Shown piece by piece: positions 52,728 through 64,000 of a stretch of 64,000 nt of DNA. The stretch spans positions 62,001 through 126,000 of the forward strand of contig CAJFCJ010000002.1 of the NCBI GenBank assembly GCA_904063045.1, in the 5' to 3' direction. Under the pieces are notes generated by a model. That model made no database searches. It worked only from the letters and a program-made list of their open reading frames with translations, and was not told the origin of the DNA. Position numbers and translations under genes: made by a program. Within the stretch, counting starts at the first letter, position 1; every line of letters starts with the position of its first letter. The stretch is from Dimorphilus gyrociliatus. Lineage: Eukaryota > Animalia > Annelida.

Positions 52728-55700
52728 ATGGATTTCTACTTTCCAAGACGTTTTATTATAGTAATTATGACAAGTTTAGGAATGATTGTTATACATGCTA
52801 TGAGAGTAAATATAGCCGTAACCGCTATTACTTTTTTGGATAAGAAACCTCATACAAAAGTTGGAACTGCCGAAGCCGTTTTCAATCTCCCAAGTGTTAA
52901 TTGGTCGTCCCAAATGGTTGGATATTTGCATAGTATATTCTACACAGGATATTTATTCACACAAATACCTGGAGGTATCTTAGCTCAAATGTTTCCCGCT
53001 CACAGGTTTTATGAAAATTATATTAAATTTCTATATTCAGTTTTGTATAATACTCTTAATATATATATACGTTTTATTGTCAACAAGCATAAAACTGTAC
53101 AAAAGCATCCATCACGGTGGAATATAAAAATGAATTTATAGTATTTTCCTATTATTTTAATTGATAGAATTGCTTTATATCAAAAAAGGAAGAGTCTAAT
53201 TTTATTTATTAACTTATTTTTAGAATATTCGGAGGATGTATATTAGTATCTTGTACTCTAAACTTATTACTTCCAATTTGCATTGAACAAGTTGGCTATG
53301 GAATGGCAGCAGCAGTTCGCGCTTTACAAGGATTAAGCGAGGTAAAAAATATCCAATAAGATATTCACCACAAATACAGAGTATATAGAAATTCTTAATC
53401 TGTACAAGCACAGTTCACACAAGCCTATAAAATCGTAAATACATATATATATATATATATATATACATATATACTGTATAATACTGTATGTAAGTGCAAT
53501 AAAAACTTTGTGAATGGCGAGATATTCAACATTTCAATATAAATTCATAAAGACTATTGAGAACTAGTTCTATTGCATTATTTATTGTACTTTGTAAAGG
53601 CAATTTACTGCTGATTTATTTCAACATATATACAAATAAATATTAATTTATTATATAATGTATTATAACAGAATATACTTCTATATTCTATATTTATCCG
53701 TCAAAATTTAATCATATATCAATCCAAGATGTAGGTAAGAGGATATTTCCGTTACATATATAGTATATTCCTTGTAACGTCGTTAAATAGGAAGTCGTCT
53801 AAATACATGTCGAACGCATACGACTTCTAACGAAAAATGACATTAAATAAAGTATATTGAAATCTCTTTGAATCTTCATCTTCCTCTTTAGGTACATTTT
53901 GTATACTTAACTATGTATTAACGTCTCTCTCTATCATTCTCTTATTTTACACAGGGTTTGCTATTTCCTAGTTCTTATGCGATTATGCGTCACTGGGTTA
54001 CACCAGAAGAAAAGAGTAGAATGGGTTCAGTCGTATTGACAGGAGTTTACTCTGGAGCAGTTATAGGCTTACCAATTTCTGGTTTTATTACTCATTATTT
54101 AGGTTGGAACTATGTGTATTACTTTCACGGTAAGGAAATTCAACTAGAAAATAGATTTATTATCATAAACGTGGCTGATTGTGTAGATATGAAATAAATT
54201 TTCATCTTCTTCTCATGTATAATATAAAAATCTAGGTGGAATTGGAATATTTTGGTTTATAATATGGTTATTCCTTGGTTTCGAGAAGCCATCTCACCAT
54301 CGATTTATTTCACAAGATGAAATTAAACATATTGAAGCTTCTCAAGGTCAAACCGCCATTGTGCATGAAGTAATCAAATAACTTATATAATTCCATCATT
54401 CTTCTCGTTTACCTAAAAGTGTTTTTGTTGCTCTTATATTTCTATTCCAGGATGATCAAGTACCTTGGAAACAAATATTTCTATCTCTACCAGTAAACGC
54501 TCTCAATCTTTGTAATTTTGCCAGAAGTTTCATATTTTTTCTATTATTAACAAACGAGCCAGAATATTTAAATGTTTTCGGTTTTACAATTGCCGAGGTA
54601 GATATATAGACAATTAACATTATCTAATAAATATAATGGGAAAATCATATCTTTTAATGGATTAAATTTCATCATGCTTCAGAATGGATTATATTCGGCA
54701 ATGCCTCATCTTTTTATGGCTATATTTTCAGGCTTAAGTGGCCCTATGGCTGATTACTTAATCAATGGTGGGATGGTAACACCTACGCAAGTTAGGAAGC
54801 TCTTTACTGGAATAGGTATATATCCAATTTTCGAGCAATTAACCAGCTAATGAAAGTCCCAATTATTTCCGATTTAAAGGTTTTGGAATGGAGGGGACGT
54901 GTATGCTCTTGCTGGTTTTTATTAGGGATGGGACTTTGGCGCTTATATATTTGACTATTGGAGTCGGATTTAGCGGCTTTAGCATTTCCGGTTGGCAAAT
55001 AAATCACCTAGACCTATCGCCGAGATACGCTAGTGTACTAGTAGGTATTACTACAGCGGTAGGAACTGTTGCAGGAATACTAAATCCCACTCTAGTTGGT
55101 CAAATGACTAAAGATCAGGTAAATTTCTTTATACCTAACAGGAAAAAATTACCCTTAATAGTCTCTGTAAGGGCGTCTTTTTACTTTCTTATAGTCTGTT
55201 GCACTGGCACGACCTCAACTCTCAATGAAAAGATAGGCAATCTAATTTCTTTAAGATGCAATCTATATAATTAAGAAATAAATAACACGTTAGTCCTGAG
55301 AGTCCGAACATGTTCACTTTTGTTCCCATAGACTATTTAGGTATATTTTCTAAGTAGTCGAGAGTGACCATTAGCCTACAAACACCTTTTAAGTCTTCTT
55401 TTAGTACTGAGGGTAAAAATTATTTCCAACAGAGAAAGTAATTTCATTTCTCGGTTTTGTTGTTTCTTTTTAAAAAAAATTTCAATAAAAAAAAACTACT
55501 TTTCAAATTTCTATTAACATTTTCATCCTTGTCGCGAGAGAATAAATAAAATATAAAAAAATTGACGTGTCGAAAATGCAAAAGACGAAAATTAAGAGAA
55601 AATAATATTCTGATCTAATGAGTACTAATGTAAAATGAGAATTTATTAGGAACGTTTGTTCCGTGTAATTTCTAATTTTCTTTACAGACAGTAGAACAGT

Positions 55701-55909
55701 GGCAGAATGTCTTCCTACTTTCATCTTGTGTTCTGTTCTTCTGTACCGCATTTTATTCAATTTTCGGCTCCGCTAAACAACAACCCTGGGCTGAACCGGT
55801 TCCAAAAGTGCAGGTTCAACTTAAAGGTAATTTACTAGATGGTCAACAATTGTATCTTCCTGTTAAAAGTCAAATGGATCATGAGACTGAAAAGCAGAAA
55901 GATCAGTAA
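52728..55909 (+). CDS. VGlut: Vesicular glutamate transporter-like SLC17 protein
   Basis: PRRFIIVIMTSLG..MRVNIAV, YLHSIFYTGYLFTQIPGG, VRALQGLSE, HWVTPEEKSR, NFARSFIFFLLL, INHLDLSPRYASVLVGITTAVGT, EQWQNVF..FGSAKQQPWA. The TM2 His and TM7 Arg typical of VGLUTs are present. The true start may lie in an upstream exon (about 52362-52450). Confidence 0.82.
53442..53472. repeat. (TA)n microsatellite in a VGlut intron
   Basis: Visible TA run. Confidence 0.9.
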
Positions 55910-56399
55910 TCTGTTACCTTTATCTATAGTCGTGAAAAGAAATAAGGTTTAGTCTAATGATTATACTTGATATTAAAATCAATTTTGCCATTCTGATATT
56001 TTGTCTTTTCTATTTAATTCTTTTATATAATTTAAGTAAATAAATCCCAGAATAAATGAGGATATCTTGCAATTATTTGAGATAGACGAAGGCCGTAATT
56101 TGTCACGTGTCTGCAATATTTCCATAGCAACTGCTTGCGTGGCGCTCCAGCATCTTTTTTGCGGCGGCGTACTGCAAAACACTCTACAAAACAAACTGAG
56201 AATGATGAACGTCGTCCCGCGAAAGGTGAGTAGCGGGAAAGCAGAACTTATAACTATTTGATAGTGTTGAGCAAATATTTACCTATAAAGAAGAAAGGAA
56301 AAGTGAACTAAAGCAAAATAGTAAATAGAGGAAGAAAGGGATATAAACTATATTTCCCCAGCAATAACAATAACGGCGCTGAAAAAACAAGCGGGTTTG

Positions 56400-56630
56400 A
56401 TGGAATTGACGACCGCTAAACCACAGTCTTCAGTTTTGCAGTTGACGCCTGGCGTTATCGCTCTATGCGTGCTAGCAGCTTTGTGCGCAATCCTTGGCGC
56501 TATCTACGCTTACATTTATTATACTCGCATTCGACCGCGTTCCAGTCGTGCTAGGAAATTTATGGAGGGTGGAGGCGAAGATGATGGATCAGGCGCTACT
56601 CACACTCACTTGTTCCTTTTTAAGAAATAA
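56400..56630 (+). CDS. Uncharacterised 76-aa single-pass membrane microprotein
   Basis: ORF MELTTAKPQSSVLQLTPGVIALCVLAALCAILGAIYAYIYYTRIRPRSSRARKFMEGGGEDDGSGATHTHLFLFKK*. One hydrophobic helix of about 22 aa is followed by a basic cluster. An upstream canonical intron is present (donor AG|GTGAGT 56226, acceptor TTTCCCCAG| 56361). Confidence 0.65.
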   Translation: MELTTAKPQSSVLQLTPGVIALCVLAALCAILGAIYAYIYYTRIRPRSSRARKFMEGGGEDDGSGATHTHLFLFKK

Positions 56631-57683
56631 ACAAACTCTACATTCCACAAGATTGATGGAGATTGAGAAGAGAACAGAAATGAAAAAGATGAAAAGTGTT
56701 TTCCTATTATGTATTCGAAATCGATTCTATAAAATTGTGCGAACACCGACCACGATGCTATCAGACCTGATTAGACCAAGATAAGAAAATTTCTTCCATA
56801 CGCGTTTTTTTTCAAATCCTCGAATTCCGCTTGGTATTTTACGTTTGATTAATCGGAAGCTGTTGTTGATGTTCATTGATAGTCATTCGGGGAATTCTCA
56901 TTAGGACGTTACCGACAGTTTGTTTTTGTACGGCCTCGCCATCTGCAGACTACTCTCAATATTAATCTCCTTAAACTGTTTAGATATAGTTCGTAAATTT
57001 CCGTTCAACGTTCATACACAAGTTATCTCGTGTATGTAAATATAAACATTCACTATAAAAAAAAAAACGATTAAGACTTTTTTTCTCAAAAATCAATGAA
57101 CTTCTGGTGGAAGAAAGCAAAGAGGCGTCTATCTATAATAAATTGCAATTCAACGCCTTCCATTATGTAAAGTAAATAATTGCTGTTGACACTATACGAA
57201 TTCAGAGATTCAGAGTTACGTTTCGGTGCCTATCAAACAGGAGGATTTCCTTAACTAAATTTTAGCCTGACTTTCAAGTTGAGCAACCATCCGATTAGCT
57301 TTTCTCTGTTCGCTATTAAATCTAGAAACACAAGAGAGAAACTAAAAAGAAAATTTGATGCGCAGATAAAAATGAGACTATTAATTTTTTATATATATAC
57401 AGTATATGTATATATATATATAAAACGCTGATTTATAAACGGTTTTTTTTTTCGTTATATTTTTACTGAATATAAAAAGAATTTGTAAACAGGCTATTTT
57501 TTTTTCCTTTTCTCTTTTTTGTCAATAGCTTACACAAAATAAGCGTAGTAAACATTGCATTACAAAAAAATTTTGACTGCCTGAACGGTATTAGCAAATA
57601 GAAAACACCCGGATTGTTTTTTTGTTTAGTAGAGGAAAACAATTACATATACTTAAATAATAAAAAATCATTAAAAAAATATT

Positions 57684-60600
57684 TTAAAAATGATCAACAA
57701 GAACAGATACGGAATTTTTGCCTACAACGCCCTGAGAGAGGGCATCCAAACCGGCTAATTGTACGTCCTGCCATTTTGAACCATCTCCTGTCAAAAAGAA
57801 ATCATCTATTTATACTATATCACTTCGTAATGAGAATTTTTATTTACCCGATGTTGTGTCTGATGATGATTTTAGAGCAAATGCCCAGGAATCTGGGTTT
57901 ACGGAAGCGCAATGCGGTAATCTAAGCTCTACAGGTTGATCGAACTTTAAACCGTGAGGACCGCACATCACCAACGGACTCAGCAATGTTTCTCCCTTTT
58001 CCTTGTCCAAAGGAGGCATAAGTGAATTATCCTTACAGACCTGAAAAGAATTTCATCGTTTGTACCCTTTAGCAAAAAAACCGTCAAGCCCTAAATGTTT
58101 TCATTGAAAAGGGCAAATATAAATCCAATAGATGGCGCGCAAAGTTACCTTAAAATATATATTCTGTTGCACTCCATGCGGTATAGCACCTTTTGGTATT
58201 ACAATAGAGACGCCAGATTCGGGAGAATCTAAAATTCCCCCCTCATATCCAAATACACCTGAGGCGGTTGCAACTACCTCGTGCTCACCTTCTTCTGATT
58301 GAAGCCTATAAAAACAATTAATGATCAATTAAAATCCGACACATGACGCAATCGTTCTATCGATCTAAAGCTAATGCTACCTGTCACGCTGAACTTGCGG
58401 AACACCATTGGACGAAGAAGTAGCATAAAAACCGGGGCTAGTAACTAATTTTTTATAAGATTGAAATGAAGATGAGGAAGAAATAGGTGGTTTAGGGGGG
58501 GGAGGTGGTGGTGGTGGTGGCGGAGTTTCTCTTTGCTGCGAATCTTGATGGTATGAGTGTTGATTTGTAAATCGAGAATAATCAGAAAAGTGACTACATG
58601 CAGGGGAAAAGTAAAACAAAATAAAATCCTTAATAAATGCACTAAGCAAAAAAAAAACCAAAAATCACAAATAAATACAAATAACACCTACTTTTGAGAT
58701 GATTTAATGGCGGCGAGCTTTTCTCCATTTGTTTTATTGGCGTTCAATCTCCCTATTATTCTATCATTTTTCTGGAAAGTGCTTGTGGAAGAGTACGGAT
58801 TACCCTTTCCAGGTCTTGCAGAATGTTTAGCTCGCCGAATTTGGTTAGCGTCAACGTAAATAGGATTGTCCAAATGCGTTGGCACGTTTCTTCTGGGTGG
58901 GCTAACTTCCGATTGAAAATCGCTTAGCTTTCCATATGGACTCTCTTCTTTAGCTAGCTTATCTGCTTCTGAAACCCAGTTTTTCTGCTGTTTTTGCTTC
59001 TGAAGCCAATCAAAGTTTGGACGGTCAACATAATGCGATACTGGTCTATCGTGACCTGGATATTTTGGAAATGCTTGATTTACAACTGTGCTCCTTGGTC
59101 TGTTCCTTTCGTAGTTCATACGATTCGGTGGTGGCTTACTTTGGGGAGATCCATCACGAGTTTCACGTCTACTTAATTTTTGATCATCTGAAGTGTAACC
59201 GGAAGTAGCAGGTGACAATGGTTGTCGTACTGGCACCCTAGTGTAAGTGGGCTCCCTTCTGGAGGATGCTTCTTTAACTCTCAGCTTGACATCATCTTGT
59301 TGATTAGCCAAATAATCATCCATGACTGCCTGATTCTAAGAGCAAAATATTAATAGAGGTTACTAGCCTGTCTGTCTAATAAATTTATAAATGAAGAATA
59401 AAAAATTTACTCGATATTCTCTTAGACTAGGGGTTGAGCTGTAGGTTTTAGGATCTTGATGGTTTTTATGTGTTGCTTGCTCAACGACCTGATATTGTTT
59501 GGCGTGCACCCGGCTGTATAGTGGTTCACCACGTCTACTCAATTCTAAGTGAGATCATTTTACACAATTAGAAGAATAATAAAATAAACTGAGATCGTCA
59601 TTTATTTACCGTTGTCATACGGATAATGTGCTATGTCCGTGTGTGATTTGCTAGGTCCATTCTTTTGCTAATAATGTGAATTGTTTGTAAATTTTAAGAT
59701 AAAATAAATTAAAATAAGTGCATTCTTATGACATTTGATAGTGTTAATAAAATAGTAAAAAAAAAAATCTAATCGCCTACCGGCAGAGGCGGTACAGCTG
59801 GGGGTTCATAACCATGCATGTATGCCGGTGGATTAGGGTAAGGAGGGATTCCAGGCACCCTTTCAGTAGTTGATAAACTAGGATCTGAATTAGTTCTATA
59901 AAAATGTTTTCTGCCTGAAATACGATGCTGGGGTTGGGAAACATGCTCATGCTCCTGTTGATTCCATACCGCGTCGATTTCTCCTAGATCTTCTGGTCCA
60001 GACGCATAACTATGACGATTGTCAGCTAAAGGAAAAAATTAAATTAGAAAAATATAACTGATATTTTAGCACAATAGGATTAATTAATAGTAACCTCCTG
60101 CCATAGGAAAGAAATATTCATCATCAACGTCCATTTCAGGTGCCTCATGGGTCATCCAAACTGGCTGTTGTTGTTGTGCATTAATCGTCTCTTCAAGCTT
60201 ATTAAGCCACTTTTCCCCTTCTAAATAGACATATGTTGTAAAGAGATGACTATAAATCTTTTCCAGCTTTTCGCTTTGGTCGAATAGACTTTTTGGTGAT
60301 TTTCTGCTCTTCTTAACAGATTTGTTGCGTAGGTATTTAACGGTTGCCTTTGACGCAGCCTTTAAAAAGACAACGATGGGGACGTATTGGGCGTGTTGGA
60401 GTCTGTCAACAGCCGATGGGGTAACATCAAGTAAACAGTGTTTTTGTGTTTCTATCACTTTACGGATGCTCTGTAACTTGATTATCCCTGATCTGCCTTT
60501 AGTGTTGCTCTCAGCTTCTAAACGTGTTTTAAGATTGCATCAGAAAAGCAAATGTGGATTGATGAAATATTTATCAAAGTTATAATAAAAGAAAATATTT

Positions 60601-63600
60601 AAGGACTTACGAGGTGATTCATAAGATTTTGAATAATTCTTTAATAAATGCTCTCTTGCAACATCAGCTAAGGATCCAAAAATAACCACAGGTCTCACGA
60701 AAGGCGCTAGTAAAATATAAAAATAAGTAGATTGTGTCACTATTCACAAAAGTATTTATAACAAAAATTTTTCTAAAGGTGCTAATTGGACTGAAAATAG
60801 TAACCGGCAATAGTATATAAGAAGTGGAAAAACTTTATTTGATGTAAAATCGAGAAAGACAACTACAACTACAACTAAAGACATGGTTCTCCTATTTGCT
60901 TTCCTACTTGTTGCAGCAGCTACTGCAGCGGATCCTCCGGTCGATTTAGAAGAAATTGAATCGTATTTGGCTCAATTTGCTGGCTATAAAAAATCGGAAA
61001 ATACTCTTGTGGCCAGTTGGGAAACAGAAGAATTTAACGAAGCTGTTAAGAGATTCCAACGTGAAGTTGGTTTAGAAGAAACAGGCAGACTCAATGAAGA
61101 AACCTTAACTTTAATGAAAGAAGATCGTTGTGGTATTACCGATGGTGGTGATGGTGACAATAGTCAAGATTATCAAGTCTGGACAAGCTGGTTTAAATAC
61201 TCTCCAAAAAGAACCCTTTCTTATTGCATTACAGACTACACAAAAGATCTTTCACCAAGCACTGCTCGCCGAGTCATCTCAGATGCCGTTAGAGCTTGGA
61301 CCAGATACGGAAACTTGAATATCAGATATACATCAAGCAGGAGCTGTGACTTAAAAATGAAATGGGGTGTAAGAAACCACGGTTGCTTCTCTCCCTTCGA
61401 TGGTAGAGGAAGAATCTTGGCTCACGCCTTCTATCCCACCAATGGTGACGTGCATTTCGATGATGACGAATACTGGACAGATAGAAGCAGAAGCGGAAAG
61501 AATTTGTACTACGTTTCAGTTCACGAACTTGGACATGCTCTTGGCATTCGTCACAGTAGAGTTAGAGATTCAGTCATGTACCCAATTTATCGTAGCTACA
61601 ATCCCAACTTTAAATTGCACATGGATGATATCAATGCTATCCGTAAATTATATCGTAAGTTTTAAATAACTTTCTTATTAACGAAACCTAATGTTTTAAA
61701 ACCTATTTTCTTTTTCAAACAGCTTGAACTTAAAGGACTTCCTATTAGTGTGGTTTGTGTTTTAATAATAATGTTAGCTATTTTATGAAAAATTCAGTGA
61801 GTTACTCTAGTCATCAGATATAAATAAATCATTATAATTTGAGCACTTACGATCTCTGAGTACAACTCTTTCGTATGCGTCGAACTTCGTAGTAGGATTC
61901 GCTATTATTAAAACGAAAAAAAAATAGATATTTTTTGACATTGTGCAATGCAAACTTACAAAACACAACTTCTTCCCAATGATCTTTACTTAAAGACTTT
62001 GATCTTCTTGCTCTTTTCATAAAAAATATACTAGAGCTCCTTTTATTCTCTTTATCTTCGGTACTTTGAGCAATTTCTCTCTGCTTTGCAACATATTCTC
62101 TGGCCCTGCGTTAAAAACAATTTTTACCAATCACAAATGAATTACCAACTTAAAGGCCAATAACACTTACTTCTCTAGATTCGGAATCACTCCAATCTCA
62201 ACGGTCTTATTACCTTTTCCCAGTTTTCTCACACACCAAAATCCTGGTACACCATTGTATAAAGTGTCCGTAACGTGAAAGACATCAGAATTTTTAAACG
62301 GCATGCAATCCTTATCGGGATTATCGTATGAAAAATGAGCTCTAACATAGAATGAATCCCCAGATCCACCATCTTGCATTAGCCTGCTGAAATCTTCTTT
62401 TCTATTTTGAACCTGCAATTCCACCTGCTCTCGAAGATTCATTAAAACTGTTACAACCTCTTCTCGAGTCCTTCCACCCAACTCCATACCATTAACGGAT
62501 AATAGTACATCGCCTTCAAACAGTAAACCATAAGCAGGTGTTCCATAATTAACAGTTGCAACAAAGACACCGGTTCGATTTCCACCAGAAACTCTTATTC
62601 CAAGCCCAGATTTATATTTTGTAAATTGCACTATACGTACTCGAGAATCGAGTGGTGCTTGTTGGCTAGGCGATCCCGTAGCTGTCTTCTTTATCGGAAC
62701 TTGCTGATAATTCGAGTCTATAAAAATATCAAACACAAGTTGCCTAGTATACTAGAATGAGATTAATTATAAAATAAGCGAATACCCAAGCAGGCGGGTA
62801 AGGGTGGTCTAGGGGGACCATCATCTGCTGATGACTTTGCTGTATTAGCTGTATATATTGATTGAATTATAGTTTTTAATGAATATATACAGAGGCGTTC
62901 AAATTAAAGCAACAATTATTAAGCAGAAGAATTGTTTAGCAATGATCCACTTACTAGAATATATTTTTTCCTCGTTCAATCTTGGACTACTGCTATAGTT
63001 TTGATTTAAATCTGTTGAATTGTCGGAAATTCCTGTTCTATTTAATATTTCTCTTTCGTGCTTCGACACATTCATTTTTAAATGGCGATCTCTACACCTG
63101 TCAACCAATTTTTGAGCTTCAACTAAAGACAAATGACTAGTCTTTTGACCATTAATAGATAATATGACGTCGCCTTCATGTATGTTTTTTTCTTTGGAAG
63201 CTATAGAATCGGGCAATATTCGTGACACGAAGAGTTTGCAGCCAAATACAACTCCCCAAGGAAGATGAGAATTTTCCAATGTTCTCAATAGGGTTGCTTC
63301 TCGGCATTGCGATTGAGGGGAGGCCTTACGTCTAACGATTAAATGAACCGTATCTCCGCACTCTTTCAACACTGATATGGCTGTATTATAATCCACGTTC
63401 TCCAGACTGACGGAATTGACGAAAAGTACCCGATCATTATGGCTATAAGACGAAAGGAAAGTATTAAGTAATAGAGACCCCCCACTGTTTATATATTTTT
63501 CTTACAATAGACGACCTTCAGCCGGGCCTCCTCTCAATACGTCGGATATAGCTATTGACGGTTCCCCACTTGAAAAGTGAGGATTGTCTCGACCTCCGCT

Positions 63601-63675
63601 AACGGCTATACCGAATCCGTAAGGTTGCACCTTACTTAGAGTCACGTGGTGTGTTTCCCACATCGTGGCGTCGCC
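57684..63675 (-). CDS. TJP1: Tight junction protein ZO-1 / polychaetoid (PDZ1-3, SH3, GUK, ZU5); 5' end probably beyond the window
   Basis: PDZ1 [43 protein letters not shown]; PDZ2; PDZ3 [16 protein letters not shown]; SH3 [22 protein letters not shown]; [33 protein letters not shown]; ZU5 [40 protein letters not shown]; C-terminus VSVLVDHF*. Confidence 0.95.
60883..61665 (+). CDS. Minimal matrix metalloproteinase (signal, pro-domain, catalytic domain; no hemopexin), nested antisense in a ZO-1 intron
   Basis: Signal [15 protein letters not shown]; pro-domain [22 protein letters not shown] with cysteine switch DRCGITD; [25 protein letters not shown]; zinc motif [12 protein letters not shown]; Met-turn SVMYP. 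It ends KLYRKF* unspliced, or KLYP* if spliced 61655-61722 (stop at 61727). Confidence 0.95.
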   Translation: MVLLFAFLLVAAATAADPPVDLEEIESYLAQFAGYKKSENTLVASWETEEFNEAVKRFQREVGLEETGRLNEETLTLMKEDRCGITDGGDGDNSQDYQVWTSWFKYSPKRTLSYCITDYTKDLSPSTARRVISDAVRAWTRYGNLNIRYTSSRSCDLKMKWGVRNHGCFSPFDGRGRILAHAFYPTNGDVHFDDDEYWTDRSRSGKNLYYVSVHELGHALGIRHSRVRDSVMYPIYRSYNPNFKLHMDDINAIRKLYRKF

Positions 63676-64000
63676 CTGTGTAGTGGAAAAATTAGTTTAT
63701 TATCTTGAGAAAATATAACAATAACAAGATAGATACCAATAACATAAAATAAAATAAATTATATTAAAGCTGGGCATATATGCAGGCATACGAAAAGTAT
63801 ATTGTGCATACATACCGAAGAACTCACACCGCGCATACTTATTAAGCATCAATCAAGTCCTAGTCAAAACATGTACAGCAGAAGGAATAGAAACAAAAAT
63901 TACAGTGAGAATAGCACACTAAAAAAAACCTTAACTTGAATAGTTTGCAATAAAATTGACAGTAAATCATTGTTTTTTTTTCAGACTCACGTCTAAATAA

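Noticed and set aside
59550-59561. TGAGATCATTTT matching the 5' end of the bantam miRNA
   Set aside because: The match stops at 12 nt, no hairpin is evident, and it lies antisense at a ZO-1 splice acceptor.

Overview
AT-rich, gene-dense animal genomic DNA with mostly 50-75 nt GT-AG introns. It is not prokaryotic: no CRISPR array, rRNA, tRNA or transposase could be supported. The style fits a miniaturised invertebrate genome such as the annelid Dimorphilus gyrociliatus, but that is inference only. Fourteen protein-coding genes can be reconstructed, in order: SLC22 organic-ion transporter (+), retinal homeobox rx (-, with the octapeptide exon 4.2 kb upstream and missed by the ORF track), GLUT10/12-like sugar transporter (-), RNF220 (+), AK3 (-), PR/SET-domain six-finger C2H2 factor (-), GTPBP8 (+), Echinoid-like 7xIg+FN3 adhesion receptor (-, about 16 kb), IRSp53/BAIAP2-family protein (+), stand-alone PAL amidating lyase (-), VGLUT-like SLC17 (+), a 76-aa single-pass membrane microprotein (+), ZO-1/polychaetoid (-, 5' end probably outside the window), and a hemopexin-less MMP (+) nested antisense in a ZO-1 intron. 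The best leads are the nested minimal MMP, the spliced microprotein gene, at least 10 copies of a CTCF-like AGATGGCG motif (including two back-to-back pairs), a perfect P3K Otx-type site and an orphan CpG-rich element at the rx locus, and a neighbourhood of cell-junction genes. All gene models were spliced by eye; start codons and some exon ends need RNA-seq confirmation.
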